Assembly: GCA_051362555.1 (NCBI GenBank)
Contig: CM120642.1
Coordinates: forward strand, 9,486,001 to 9,550,000
Direction: 5' to 3'
Source of the DNA: Lingula anatina
Lineage: Eukaryota; Animalia; Brachiopoda
DNA: 64,000 nucleotides
Every line of letters starts with the position of its first letter. Position 1 is the first letter of the stretch. Below the pieces are notes generated by a model that saw only the letters and a list, made by a program, of their open reading frames with translations, had not been told where the DNA came from and made no database searches. The position numbers were made by a program, and so were the translations under genes. Shown here piece by piece: positions 28,401-41,000 of the stretch.

Positions 28401-29224
28401 GCTCATAAGAACATCTGGAGTTCCAACAACTCTGTTCTCTAAAGTTATTCTTCTCAGTGGAGTCTTGAAGGTCTCTGGCAAAGATGTCTTCTTGGTAGGT
28501 GTCAGCACTTTTTGAGAAGAAGACTCCGTGGCTGAGTCAAAGGAGCTGCGTGACCGCGATGTTTTCAAAAATGCTGTTGTTGGTAATGGACCCCTGCCAG
28601 TCCCTTGGGGGGCCAGGGTGGATGCAAGACTGCTCGCAGAGGTGCGTGCTTATGAGACAAAATATGCACATATTACTAGTAACCAGTGGCAAGCATATAA
28701 GGCATGGACTTTAGAATACAAAATTGAATGAGACCATCTACTGAGTACTAGAAAATGAAATATGCACATGCTTTCAGGTGCTTTGACTGACTGGATGTTT
28801 AGCTAGTAATCATGTAATAACATATCTCAATTCATATGAGAAATCTTGAGCAAAAAATTAAATTCATGATAATATAGACAACTGATAGAGAAATAACTAC
28901 TGTACTAGTACTTGTATCCAACTTGCAGGCTAGTTAAATGTATGTGTGTTTAGCTCACAAATTCACAAAATTACAAAAAAAAGTCAGTTTATAACCCCAC
29001 TCACCTGGAGTTATTCCAGTTTTCTTTTTTGATGATGAAGATTTCTGCCCATCTGGGCCTTTCAGCTTGGCTAGAGTTTGTGTTCCACCAAAGGAAGTCT
29101 CTACTGCGTGGTCACTGAATTTCACAGTCTTTGGTGATGGTTTGTCCATGGTTTCACTGTCAGATTCACTGAAGGTTTCCAGGAATCTCTTAGATACTGC
29201 TTTTCTCAGTGGTGTATGTGACAT
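9135..29224 (-). CDS. KIF14: Kinesin-3 family motor, KIF14-like (~1518 aa, 30 coding exons)
   Basis: Phase-consistent GT-AG exons (high-low): 29224-29005, 28648-28396, 27995-27870 ([10 protein letters not shown]), 26577-26323 (P-loop [10 protein letters not shown]), 26000-25919, 25312-25208, 24431-24348, 24030-23923 (switch I NDKSSRSH), 23476-23360 (switch II DLAGSE), 23006-22879, 22404-22232, 21752-21614, 21399-21336, 21086-20902 and 20507-20370 (FHA), 20119-20012, 16183-16036, 15629-15543, 15178-15113, 14944-14708, 14446-14306, 14084-13987, 13693-13578, 13259-13143, 12717-12607, 12095-11902, 11552-11370, 10762-10622, 10363-10126, 9529-9135. N-terminal extension + motor + FHA + coiled coils + LLREAN + FYDP motifs match KIF14. 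The 3' end is ambiguous (possible extra terminal exon starting at 8805). Non-coding first-exon donor near 29848. Confidence 0.92.
11103..11256. mobile_element. Tc1/mariner-type MITE in KIF14 intron
   Basis: TA|CGGTAATGTGCCATGAATTTCGAAC ... GTTCGAAATTCATGGCACTTTACCG|TA: ~25-bp TIRs with TA target duplication. Confidence 0.85.
15690..15975 (-). mobile_element. Degenerate Helentron-like non-autonomous element (HINE family 2)
   Basis: actagaaaagcactcagagatcacaggcctctgccaa...gatccaaatcaccatcaaaatct...aaacatcacc is colinear with the better-preserved copy at 54881-55169. Confidence 0.7.
16411..18487 (-). other. Large unexplained coding-like region (170-aa + 509-aa ORFs, one frameshift apart) inside a KIF14 intron
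   Basis: ORFs 17975-18487 and 16411-17940 are sense to KIF14, inside intron 20011-16184. They are S/K/E/D-rich and low-complexity, with no transposon motifs. The 509-aa frame stays open ~20 codons upstream of its ATG and overlaps the end of the 170-aa ORF. Confidence 0.55.
20275..20336 (-). mobile_element. 5'-end fragment of HINE family 1
   Basis: Reverse complement tattgtaccaccagtgccagcactggcagtacacatggttttagtccagacccgtc matches the left end of the element at 41655. Confidence 0.75.
28052..28137. repeat. 42-bp tandem duplication in KIF14 intron
   Basis: A 42-bp unit beginning tactgattttttt starts at 28052 and again at 28094. It explains the duplicated [12 protein letters not shown] in the ORF track. 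Confidence 0.9.
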
Positions 29225-29848
29225 TGTTATTTTCTACATTATTGGCATACCTGAAAAAAACAATCAATAGCATGCAAGAACCATGCAATTTAATAATTGC
29301 ATGTACGTGTAGCTTCTATTTCTAATTATCAACAAAATATATCTCCAGTGTTGACTACTAAGTCAACTTTTAACACATCTACCAACCAGATATGCAACAT
29401 GGAAAGTTGAATGATGCACTACAGCGTAGAATACCTGATGTGTGCATTGCACATTTGCAAACAGCGTGTGTGTGTGTGTGTGTGTGTGGGGGGGGGGGTC
29501 CCAATTTACAAATTAACACTGTGACAGAGGGAATACCACGTATCTTTCTGTCTGTTTTCTATCAAAACACCCAACATACATACATAAATATACTATGCAC
29601 TCGATCGTACATATTTTAGGCTGCAGAATTTTTCTCTTTTACATGTTAACTTACTGTTATGTGTTATAAATACCAAATTTGGAATTTGATAAATCAATAC
29701 CAACTCCAAACTTTAAGCCATAAAGCGTGCAAACAAATGCGTTTTCGGTGCTTTTTCGAGTTGGCAAAGTCATTAAGCAGTTTAACTGCAACTAAGCAGA
29801 GCAGTCATCGTGAAAGTAATGGATGTCAACAAAACCTTGCCTCCTTAC

Positions 29849-30259
29849 CCTCCATTTTCATCACACAGATTTCGAACCAAGTGGGTTGACATTTGATTGG
29901 CTGACAGAAATATTTGACCTAATTTTGATACGATTGTGGCTATTTCCGTCTTTTGCGTGGTAATGTAGTACACTTTATCAATTTAGGACAACAATTTGTA
30001 ATTTGCGGCCGAACGATTCGAGAGACGTGTTTAATCAGCAAAGTTTTACTGAACCAAAAAACGAGCACCTGTGAAAGTGGTGACGTCATATATCAACATG
30101 GTGGACAAGGGGTGAAAGTACAGGAAGTGTGAAGAAAATATTTCGCACAAAGTCGATCTTTTTGAGAGTTTGATTTTACCAATCGTTTTCAGACAAGTGC
30201 ATTCAAGTTTTTTTCATATCTGAGGAATATTTTGCAACGTCTGGTGTATCTGTGTTACC
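29849..30259. promoter_or_regulatory. Bidirectional promoter region between KIF14 (-) and the CUB/LDLa gene (+)
   Basis: The KIF14 first-exon donor at ~29848 and the CUB-gene ATG at 30260 are ~410 bp apart. Motifs: TTCGAA (CHR-like) 29871-29876; AGCCAATCA on minus (NF-Y CCAAT box) ~29894-29902; CRE TGACGTCA 30081-30088; ETS-like CAGGAAGTG 30121-30129. Confidence 0.65.
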
Positions 30260-33200
30260 ATGGCCGGCTACGAAAAATTTAGATCGATAACTGGTAAGAA
30301 ATGGATTCTTTATTGATACACCTTTACAAATAAGGTACAATCAAAGACAAAGACAATTACATCTAACTACAACAGTACAAACAGGTATATAAATAAATAT
30401 AAATATACATGATTTCAATGTTTACATGTAGCATAATATCAATAAGTTACTTTATAATAAGTTATATAAGGAATGTATGATGGCAATCTATACATGAAGG
30501 TGATGAATTAGAATGAGTACATTGGAGAGAGTACAATGCATTAATAGAGGGCCTGTTCTCTTTGTTTTAAGCATCTATTTACAAAACACATAACCATTCT
30601 AAGAATGTCTATGTCTTGGGCACCCATAAGAAGATTAAACAGTTTATTATTGCTGAGGTCGCCCAGGGGTAGGAAATCTGACAGCTGCCCTCTGAAGGAA
30701 TCACGTAGTGAGTCATACGCTTTACACTCTAGTAGGAGGTGGAACTCATCTTCTACTTTATTGGAATCACAAAGTTTGCACAATCTTAACTCTGCGGGGA
30801 TTTTTGGCTTGCAGTACCTGCCCCGTTCAATAGAGAGGTTGTGGGCGCTCACACGTAATTTGCAGAAGTTAGCCGTAATATTTTTTGGGGCCATGTGGGT
30901 GTAATTTTCACACACAAATTCCTTCTTAAATTTAACATAGGTTCTTAGTTTATTATCACTGCCCGTTTTGCTCATCAATGTGGCCCACTGGTCCTGATAT
31001 ACAGAGTGCAGAGACTTTTTGGTCAAGGTCTGAGCTATCTTACCAGATACTGAGACTGGATTAGACCATAAATTCCCCAGGTTGTTCATGTTAAGTACAG
31101 TTTTTATACCAGAGGACCATGTAAACACACCGGATGAGGATAGGGATCTGTTCTCAATCAGAGCATCGGTGACTAAGGTAGACTGACCATTGTATATGGT
31201 TTTGTACAGGTGGCACCAATATTTGATGGACAGTGACAGTAATTGGATGAGAATGGGGAAGCTGCCTAGCTCACCACGTGCGGCATGATTAGTAGAGTTT
31301 TTGTTAATCCCTAGTATGGTTTTACAGGTTTTTAGGTGGACGAGTTCAGCAGGGGGCTTTTCGCATATATTTAAAAACTTTTCAATGGTCAAATTACGTA
31401 GTAGGTAAGGGGCCCAAATTTCGCACCCATAGCTAAGGATTGGAAGTAGGAGTGATTTGAATAACTTTAAGGCAATTTTTGTGGGCGCTGAAAATAGCTG
31501 ATTTCTTAATTTGAAAAATACTTTGAGTGCTTTATTTTTTACATCCTCCATGGCCTTGGTAAATTTGCCGGATGGAGTGAAGGTCAGGCCGAGGTAACAA
31601 TATTCGGAGGTGTTTTCTACTGGATTTGTGCCTAACATAAATTGGTTGGTTTTTAGGAGATGGCCAGCCTTATTAAATATCATGATTTTGGTTTTTGCTA
31701 TATTGATGATAAGTTTCCATTTGGTGCAGTAATTGTGGAGTAGGTTTAGAGAGTGTTGAAGTCCTTGGGCACTTTGTGAGATGAGTACCAGGTCATCAGC
31801 ATACATGAGGCAGCTTACAGGTTTGTTATTTAAATAGGCAGGGTCGTTTTCTTTATTAACATCGAAAATATTAGGTAGGTCGCTTAGGAAGAGATTGAAA
31901 AGGGAGGGACTTAATACACAGCCTTGTTTCACGCCTACCGTGGAATTTATGGGTTTGGTTAGTTTGTTGTTGCAGATAATAGAGAATTGAGTAGAGCTGT
32001 ACATGCTATGGATTATATTTATAAATTTAGAACTAAAATTGGAAAGGATAAGTTTGTGGAGTAGGGCATTTCTCCAGACCGTGTCAAATGCTGAAGAGAA
32101 GTCAACAAAACAAACATAAAATTTGGATTTGGAGGCCTTGTTTATGTATTTGTCTATGAGGGTCTTTAGAGTTAGTAGATGGTCACTGGTACGGGCGCCT
32201 TTTGTAAAGCCAATTTGGTTTTCAGGTATAATGCGGTTCTTATAAATAAATTTGTTGATCCTACTGTTAAGAATTTGACAAAAAAGTTTACAAACATTAC
32301 TTGAGATAGCAATGCCTCTATAGTTTTTGGGGTCTGTCCTATCTCCCTTTTTGTGGAGCATTGTTAGGGTACTAAGCCGCCAAGCTTCTGGGAAACAACC
32401 GCTTATGTATATGGCATTGAAAACTTTACATAAAACTGGAGCCAAGTAGTCTATTCCCTCTCTGAGTAGTTCGTTTGGGATACCATCCATACCTGGGGTT
32501 TTGTTATTTTTAAGCTTCTTGGCGGCAGTAGTGATTTCTTGTACAGTGAAAGAGAAGTCGACCTCATTAAATATAACTTCTCTATTTGATTTGAAAGAGT
32601 TTTCAATGCTGTTCTCAAAGTTAGGGTCTTTGTGGGGGATGTGTCGATTCATAAGTGTGTTAAAGTGGTCCCACCATTGCTTGGGGTCAATGGGATTAGA
32701 GGACGGCTGTTTTTTGGTACATAATTGATCAAATAATTTCCAGAAAGATTGTGGGTTTTCACTTTCAAGTTTTTCAATAGAATTATAGATTTTATCCCTA
32801 AAGTCATTACACTTTTTGTTCAGCATCTTTTTGTATTGTTTTCTTATTCTGTTTAGGTTATGAAGTAGGGAGACATTAGATGGGTTTTTACTTATCTGTC
32901 GTGACATGTGTTTTAGTTGCCTACCAAGTTCCCTGCAATTGTTATCATACCAAGGTTTACTGGGTTTGGTGGATTTCTTAGGTTTGGTGGGGGGCTTGTG
33001 TTTAATTCCTGCTTTTATGCCTAGGTCAGTTATGAGATGGTTTAGATCTGAGACACACTGCTGTATTCCGTTATTATCTGTTTGGAAGTCTACTGAAAGG
33101 AGTTTGTTGATCCTATCAATACTGTGGGGCAGAGCCAGGCATTTTAATCAGAGATTACGTGAGTGACTGTTCCAATAAAACCTCCCAGGAGCATTCATAG

Positions 33201-36200
33201 AGACATCGTTATCAAGTGTGGGAGCAGGGTGCATAGGTATGCGGATTCTGAGGACACAAGAGATCATACAGTGGATCGAGAAGGGGGATAAGTTGTGTAC
33301 CCTAAAATATTCTACTTGATCTAGCAAACTATAGTGACACAACATATAATCAATGACACTAGGTAGACCCCTATGATTATAACAAGTATAATAGCCAGCT
33401 GTGTCCCCTAACTTTCTACTGTTAACAATACGTAATCCACTACTTTTACACAAGTCTAAAAGTTTTTTTCCATATGTGTCTACTTCATGACAATCCATAC
33501 TATTCCTTGGCAAATATACATCACTTATATAATTACAGCCTACACTAATGTGATCAGAACTATCATCTACTAAGAAATCTGCCCTGGTGTTTGTTTTTGC
33601 ATTGAAGTCACCAAGGATGAGGCATTTACCTAAAGTGTCAAATTTGGCAATATCTTGGAAATTAAAGAATGATTTGTTAAGTTTGAGCCACATGAATTCA
33701 CTATTGGAGGGCTTTAGGAAGCTGATTCCTTTTAATAGATTATTTCTGACTCCCACTGCTAAACCCCCAAATGCCTTAGGAGCCTTGGGGGATTTAGGTC
33801 TCACATTCATTTCGATATGAAACCCATCTAAGTAAATATTATCGGATTGTTTGCAGTGGGTTTCTACCAGGCAGAATATGTCCATTTGTGAGATGGCCTG
33901 AGTGAATTCAGTTAGCTCAATCTTAGAAATCAAAGAAGTGAAAGTGGGTGGGAAATTTTACTGTAGGCTGTAAATGTAAACAACTTTAATATGTACCTTT
34001 CCACACTTGACAAGTGTCTTTATGATTTGATCTTAATTTTCAGTATTCAAAGATATAAAGAGCGTTTCCGAAATTTTGTTGCAGGAAGGTCTCAGATTTA
34101 GATTTTGTGATTATTGACTAATTATATATTCTACAGTCGGTCGTCCGAGCACTTTGCGTTTGCCTTTAGAAGCAACCGGCAAATCCATGGTGGAAGTTGG
34201 GGTTACTCTACAGAAAAAAACGAGGTGGATGGCATTGACTTTTATGTGAGAGTCGTCAGACTTTGTCATATTATGTCATAATTTACAGGGTTTCATCACT
34301 TGTGCCAGGGAGGTTGAGCCATTTACCTGTGCGATTTCTTTACAGGCCCTTTGTAATGAGTCACTGTGCAACTGCTTACAAAAAAATTGACCTTAACTGC
34401 CAATGGCTTACACAAGTGCACCAACTCTAAGTATCCTAAGTATATGAGGTGATGAAATCAAAATTGCAATTTTTTTTCAAATGTACAGTAGAACATTAAG
34501 AAGACCTGTAAAATGCATAACACTGAGAGGTTATTACAATAACTATTATTACAAGGTCACCCCAAACTGTGAGTAAATCACCTGGTGCTAGGGAGTGGGC
34601 CGGGTGAGGGCAATGTTATCAAGGCTTTATGGCTTTATTTGGTCTGTGTTTTAATACAAGCTTGAGAAGAGAGCATGAGCACTTGCTTGCTGACTTTTGA
34701 AGAGAAGATGGTGTTACAAGTATTTTATTTTAAATATTAGCAGCTCTACATGATATTTGTGAGCTCAGTTTAATTAATATGCAATTTTCTGGTATGAAAT
34801 CCTGGAAAGCAGTACATACGTTCATATAACTTTAACTAGCAGTGCAATATCAACATGCATACATTGATACAATTGACACCATACTTGATGAAATCAATAA
34901 CTTTCTGAGGATGTTCTCTTTGAGGAGATATGAATTTAAACCAATGTAGAACAAATGACTCGGTCGTGCTGTATTCGACATACAAGCACGTCATGTACGA
35001 GTGCGTTCCACAGTCTGTTGCACTCCTGTTACTCACTAGTGTAGTAGCCAATCAGAGGCCGTGGTTTAATTCAGATACAACACTCGTCACGGAGCTGTAC
35101 GTGAAAATTACTCATGTATTGTCTCGCACTCATAATATTTCAGGTATAGCTCTGGGCTTTGTATTGTGTCTATCATGTCAGGCTCATCCAGGTAAGCAAA
35201 GAGTCTGCTTTAAGATTCTCAGATGCAAATAACGATTGGAAGTTAGGGGCGATTTTATTTGTTAACAAGGTAAGCAGCGTCTTATTACAGGGGCCTATGA
35301 AGAAAATCACCCAGGTTAACGGCTCAATCTCCCTGACGCAAGTCATCTACACATAACCCTGTAAAGTATGATACAATCTGACAAATCTGATGACTTCAAC
35401 GTAGAATAAATGCTATCCATCATGTTTTTTCTGTGGCTTTACCCCAACTTCCAGCGACTGGACTTGCCTTTTGCTAAGACGTGTGACCTCAGCCTGACTG
35501 AAGAAATACTCATAGTCACTTGACTTTCTAGTACTGAACCTTGACCTGTCAGAAGTTACTGGAGGTGAACATCTTTTGGAAGTTAGTGAGGCTTGAACAA
35601 TAGCTGTGTGCACAACGATACCAGATGACTAACAGGAAGTAAAACAAAGTTATAAATAAACATGTATTGATAAATGTAACTCGGGCAGTGTTTTTTTTAA
35701 ATTCAGCTGATAGTTTTATTTTTATTTTCTAGTGGTGTTTCTGATACTGTGTGCGTCCAGATTGATAAATGCTGAAGGTATGGTCCCCTTTTAGATTAAT
35801 AAAATAAACATTTAGAGTAACCAAGTACTGTATATTTTGTCATTGGATTTTTTCTCTCTTTTCATTTGTACATATTGACTATTTTCACTGCAAATGGATA
35901 ACATTATGCAAAGATTTAGTCTACCTTACAGTGATAAACCACTTAAATTAAATCCCTTCAGTGTTACTACCTTATCTACAGTCTAATATCAATAAAGTAC
36001 TTGGGTATTGTGTATGTACCAGATGAATCATAACAGTAGAGAGGATGTTTTAAAAGTTTTGCATTTTTTCAGAAGCAGATGCTTGCACGACGACTTTCAG
36101 TAACTCCACTGGTAGCATCCCAGTAACAAAATTTCAACCTGGAATCAACTGTACATGGAGATTCAACCGGACTTCAAATGCCAGCATTTATATCAATTTT

Positions 36201-37971
36201 AAGCACACTTTTTCAATCGGCCTAGGTGCCGCTCTGCAAATTCTGAATGGAGACAATAAACCCATTGCTACTCTTACTGGACCACAAGGCAAGTCTTTTC
36301 TTTTCTTTTGAATGAATTATCTTGGATTTGTTATCATTTCTGGCATGTATTTGACACAGTGGGTTCTGCCATGTACAGGCATGGGAGTATTTGAATTTAT
36401 GTTATTTATTGAAAATCTACTGTTGGCATTATCTTAGTATGGTTCCTCCTTATTTAAGCCTTAAATGCATAGGTGTTCTAATGAATGTGTAAAATATTTC
36501 ACTGGGGACTTCCTGGTTCAGGTGTAAGTCTATTGTTATAATTAATATGAGATATTTTAGATGAGTTCCTGACTAGAATAGAATTAACTGAGTTTAAATC
36601 TTTTCCTTTTTTTAAAATTTTTTTATTTTATTTATTTTTTTTTAGAATTGAACTTTTGAGTTTATCATTAATCTTATAAAGAATCAGGTTGTTTACTATT
36701 GACAATATAAATTAATCTAGAATTACCAGTTGTTAATATTGTCTGTTGTTGTAATTCAGATGAATTTTTGGCTGTAATAACAAAACCAGACAACGCGACC
36801 ATCATGTTTCAAAATGGCAATTCACCCTCCTATTTTGGGATGACCTACTCAACCACAAGTAAGACAACAAGTTGTGAATAGCATTGTTAGCATTTTTTTA
36901 AAATGTTACTATTTTGAAAAATTGACTGTGGATTGCAATTTTTTAATTGTTGTGGTATTTTACACTTCTTGGGTGCATAACATGGAATAAAAAACTTCAA
37001 TGTTCTATTCTGAAGCTCTGAATCAACAGTATGTCAAAAATCTTTACTTATGTTTGGAAGCATTGAAGTTTGAATTAATTTTTGTAATCAGTAGAGTAAT
37101 TGCATTATTTTTTCTCTGTTTCAAAAGACACAGAATAATTTTGTGAAAATTCAGAAAGACAAAGTAACCATATGTTTTATAGAACTTAGTAGTACTAAAT
37201 TTCACACTATTTATTTTTTTCATTCTAATTTTCATGTATAGAATGCAGTCAGACAGTCAGCTGGGATGCAGCCACCATACGATCTCCATATGTTCCAGTT
37301 GATAGTGGTTCAGTATCTTGTCAGTATACCATAAAAACAGACAATGCTAGCTTTCCATTCTTATCATTCTCTGTTTTTGACTTCACCAAGATGACCATGG
37401 AGGTTTTTGGGAAAAAGAGTCCTGCGTCAAGTAGCTCTGATGATCTTCTGAAAAATTTGACAGGTGATAATGGTTTAGAATTTAGAATTTCACAGCTGGA
37501 ATTACAATTTTAGAGTTAATGATGTTGGTTTTCCATACTTGACATGAAAACTACTCATTAAAATTTACAAAAGAAAAGACATAATTTTCTTCTAAAAATG
37601 TCTATATTTTACTTGTAAACAATTTTAAATGATTATATTATATAAAACGTTTTTCTTCCAATTAAATGCTTAACTACTAGTAAAAAAATTGTTATATTTT
37701 AAAGTCACATCCCTTCACCGTGTTTGGTACACATACACAAGTTGAGAAAAAATTAAGTTAGATATCAACAATGTTTATGGTATTTTAAAGATTGTTATTT
37801 CCTCCAGGACAGTCTAGCAGGCCTGATGACATCATGAGCTTTGCCAATACTATGACCATTCAACTAACTCTCCCTCTTGCACAGAAGCAGACTGGCTTTG
37901 TTGCAAGCTATGCCTCTGTCAGTCAGAGTGAGTATGGCATTTTCTGTTTAGTTTTAAGCACCTCATCTGCT

Positions 37972-38034
<63 letters not shown>

Positions 38035-41000
38035 ATATTTATTTATTTATTTATATTTATATATTTATATAATTTATTTTTGCAAGATATCCATTTTATT
38101 GAACGGACTTGAAAAGCTCACTTTCTAGTATGTACCAATGAGTCAATTGTTCAATTAAATTTTGATATTTTGCTGGTGGATTTTCCAATCAGCCCGATGA
38201 AAAGGAAAAAGGAGGAAGATCATAAATTAATTTAGTATATATCCTTATTACAATGAGTTAAATTGAATGTTTTCTGAATAGCATTCTTCATAATTTATAT
38301 TTTAATTTTCAGGTTGCAGTGGTATTTATGAAATTGGTGAAGAAACACCATTTTTCATCCCGCCATTTGGAAACTACTCTAATAATCTTGACTGCAGAGG
38401 AATGGCCTACCTGAACGACACGATGAAACAACGCTTTTCATTGACCTTGATATTGAATAGTCTTGATCTAGGTGATGACTATGACACCATTGTTGTGAAT
38501 GATGGTGGTTCAAGGTTTTCCCCAACACTTACAACATGGAAGAGAGGAACAACAGCAGGTTTGTAGTGGTAGATAAATTTTTAGGGCTCATTCCCAATCT
38601 TTCAATGTAGATTGATCCAACTCTGCAGGGAATCTCGCAGAATGCAATCAGATAAACAGATATATGCACCTCTTCCTGGCATTGAGTAGAATACTGAACA
38701 GCTGGTGATCTCAGAGCTGGGGTCCAGCTAAAATAGACTAGAATTCATTTCAGATTAAGAGAATCTTCAAATTCATTCTTTCAGTTGGAAACGTAAGGTT
38801 AATTTTTGCTTATTCACTAAAACAACTTGCTGATTAGATGATGTTTAATTACAACCATTTGCCATTCATATTTGTAATTTTTCTAGGTTCTGTGTTGGTG
38901 AGCAGTACGGGAAAATTGTGGATGATGTTTAAAACTGATGAAACACAAACAGGCAGAGGTGTACATTTTACAGTAAGACCACAAGGTAAACCGCATGTTG
39001 GCAGAACTGCAAATTTATGGATATTTTGTGCGGATTCCTTTTGTGACTTATTAGCACTGGCATATGTTCAGCCTATTTGATTGTTGGAATATTGTCATCA
39101 TCAAAGGAATTATTTCAAAAATAATATAGACTTTCATAAATCAACTCATAGCAAATATTTGAATGGTAGTCAAATCTAATAAGGAATTAAATTGTCTGTA
39201 ACATTTGCAAGGGCATACACGTATCTTTAAACCTGCTATTCAGTAAAGCAGGACTTAAGTCTTAAAATTAATCTTAATCTTGCAGAACTAGGCCAATATA
39301 GCCCACGGCAGACTTTTTTTAGTACAATTAAGTGACAATAAAATATGTGTGCACTGTATTATAGAAATATGTTAATCTTCATTTGTTAGCATGTTCTTTG
39401 TGTTTTAGCTGTTGGAGGTGTCCTGAGAGGATCTGGCCACATTAAAGTACAGAATTACTCCATGACTGTCAACACAACAAACCCAATTTATTATTTGCTC
39501 TCAGTAGAGGAAGGCAAACAGGTAGTATTGGATAGTATTGTATCTGTTTTTTACAATGCTGAATGCTCCTCTCTCTCTCTTTCTCTCTCTCCAGCCACTA
39601 CATCAATGATCAGATTAGGTCACTTTAAGTAATTTTTGACATTATCCTCAAGGTCACTGTTTTGAACTCTCCCTGTCAGTGGGCCCTCTATTCTTTTAAT
39701 TTGTAGATTTATTGGCAGATAGTATGATACATTACAAAACATGGGCAGATTTTAAAACTATAATCGATGCAAATTTGTTTGCAGTTTCTTCTTTGTTAAT
39801 CATTTTAGGTTGTGTTTAAGATTACTGAAAAGTATCTCTTCCCAGCTGCATCAATCATTTGTCATGATGGCACACAGACTACTGACCCTGTGGTAGGGAA
39901 TTTTAGGTAAAGAATAATGTAAAGATAGAAAAACTATTAAAAAAGAAACTTTCACTTTATGATGCTAGCATCATACAAAAGTGGTTTTACCTCTTGTTTT
40001 ACTGAAATTAAATTTATAATCTTGATCTAATTCATAAAAGAAATAAAGTTTGATTTTTTCAGCTGTAGACTTATGACCAAAATTTCTCAACAATGGTTGA
40101 TGTGTATGAATGTTAGCAAAAAAAAAAAAAAAAACAGGATTATAGAAAGCAAAGTACATGAAAGGCAGCAATTTATGTCTAGAGTTGCCTTGCTTTTTTA
40201 TAGTTCCCATGTGGAGTTCCATCCAGTGTTTTCAAGTGGACAAAATCTGTTTGTAGTTATACAGAATGTTGAGGGGCCCCGGCAGTTCTTGATGGCTAAT
40301 TTCACCTCTGCACCTGCTGGTGAGAAGTGGAGACATATATCCATTATAAATTTGTTAGATCTCATAACCTCAAAATTTCCAGAGTTTTACATTCAAATGT
40401 TGGTGTTTCAGTTAATGTTTTTCAACCTGTTATAATAAATTACAAGAGAAAATGGACAAGCTATTTTGCTTTTTGGAAGAAAATGAATATTTGGTAGAAT
40501 CTATTTTTTATTTTTTAATGTGAGATTATCTATTGTTCAACTACATAAATTCATAAAATCTTACCTTTCAATTAATGTTTACCCTTGTTTCTGTCATTTG
40601 TGTTTAAGGTGCTTTCCAACTGACTTGTTTCAGGCACCAACAAACACTCCACTAGTGCTGATGACACTTATCAACTTCAGGCACCAGCCACCAACGCCTC
40701 TATGAACGCCACCTGGCTCATCCACCCAATACCTGACAGTGGAAGTAAGGATAATATAATACTATCAGTGGTCTTCTTGTTTTAGAATAAATTGATTTAA
40801 ATAATATTTTGTATTTCATAATAATAATTATTATTATTGTCATCATTATTTTTTCATTAATTTGAAGTTATTTATGTTTTCGTATCTTTTTGTGTTTAAA
40901 TGAAGGACCTGCAGATTTTCTAAGAAATAACTGCCATGCCAAAATATATTTTGGAAAAACTAAGGAATCCTTTATGGCCACATTACAAATGTGTATTTGA

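Noticed and set aside
33148-33150. In-frame TGA in LINE ORF2 as programmed readthrough or selenocysteine
   Set aside because: The copy is 5'-truncated and has an endonuclease deletion, so a simple nonsense mutation is more parsimonious. No SECIS is evident.
34286-35130. Possible MITE fragments in CUB-gene intron 1 (cagggtttcatcac / gtgatgaaatc; ccaatcaga-containing segment)
   Set aside because: The termini are incomplete, and there is no TSD or second copy in the window to support them.
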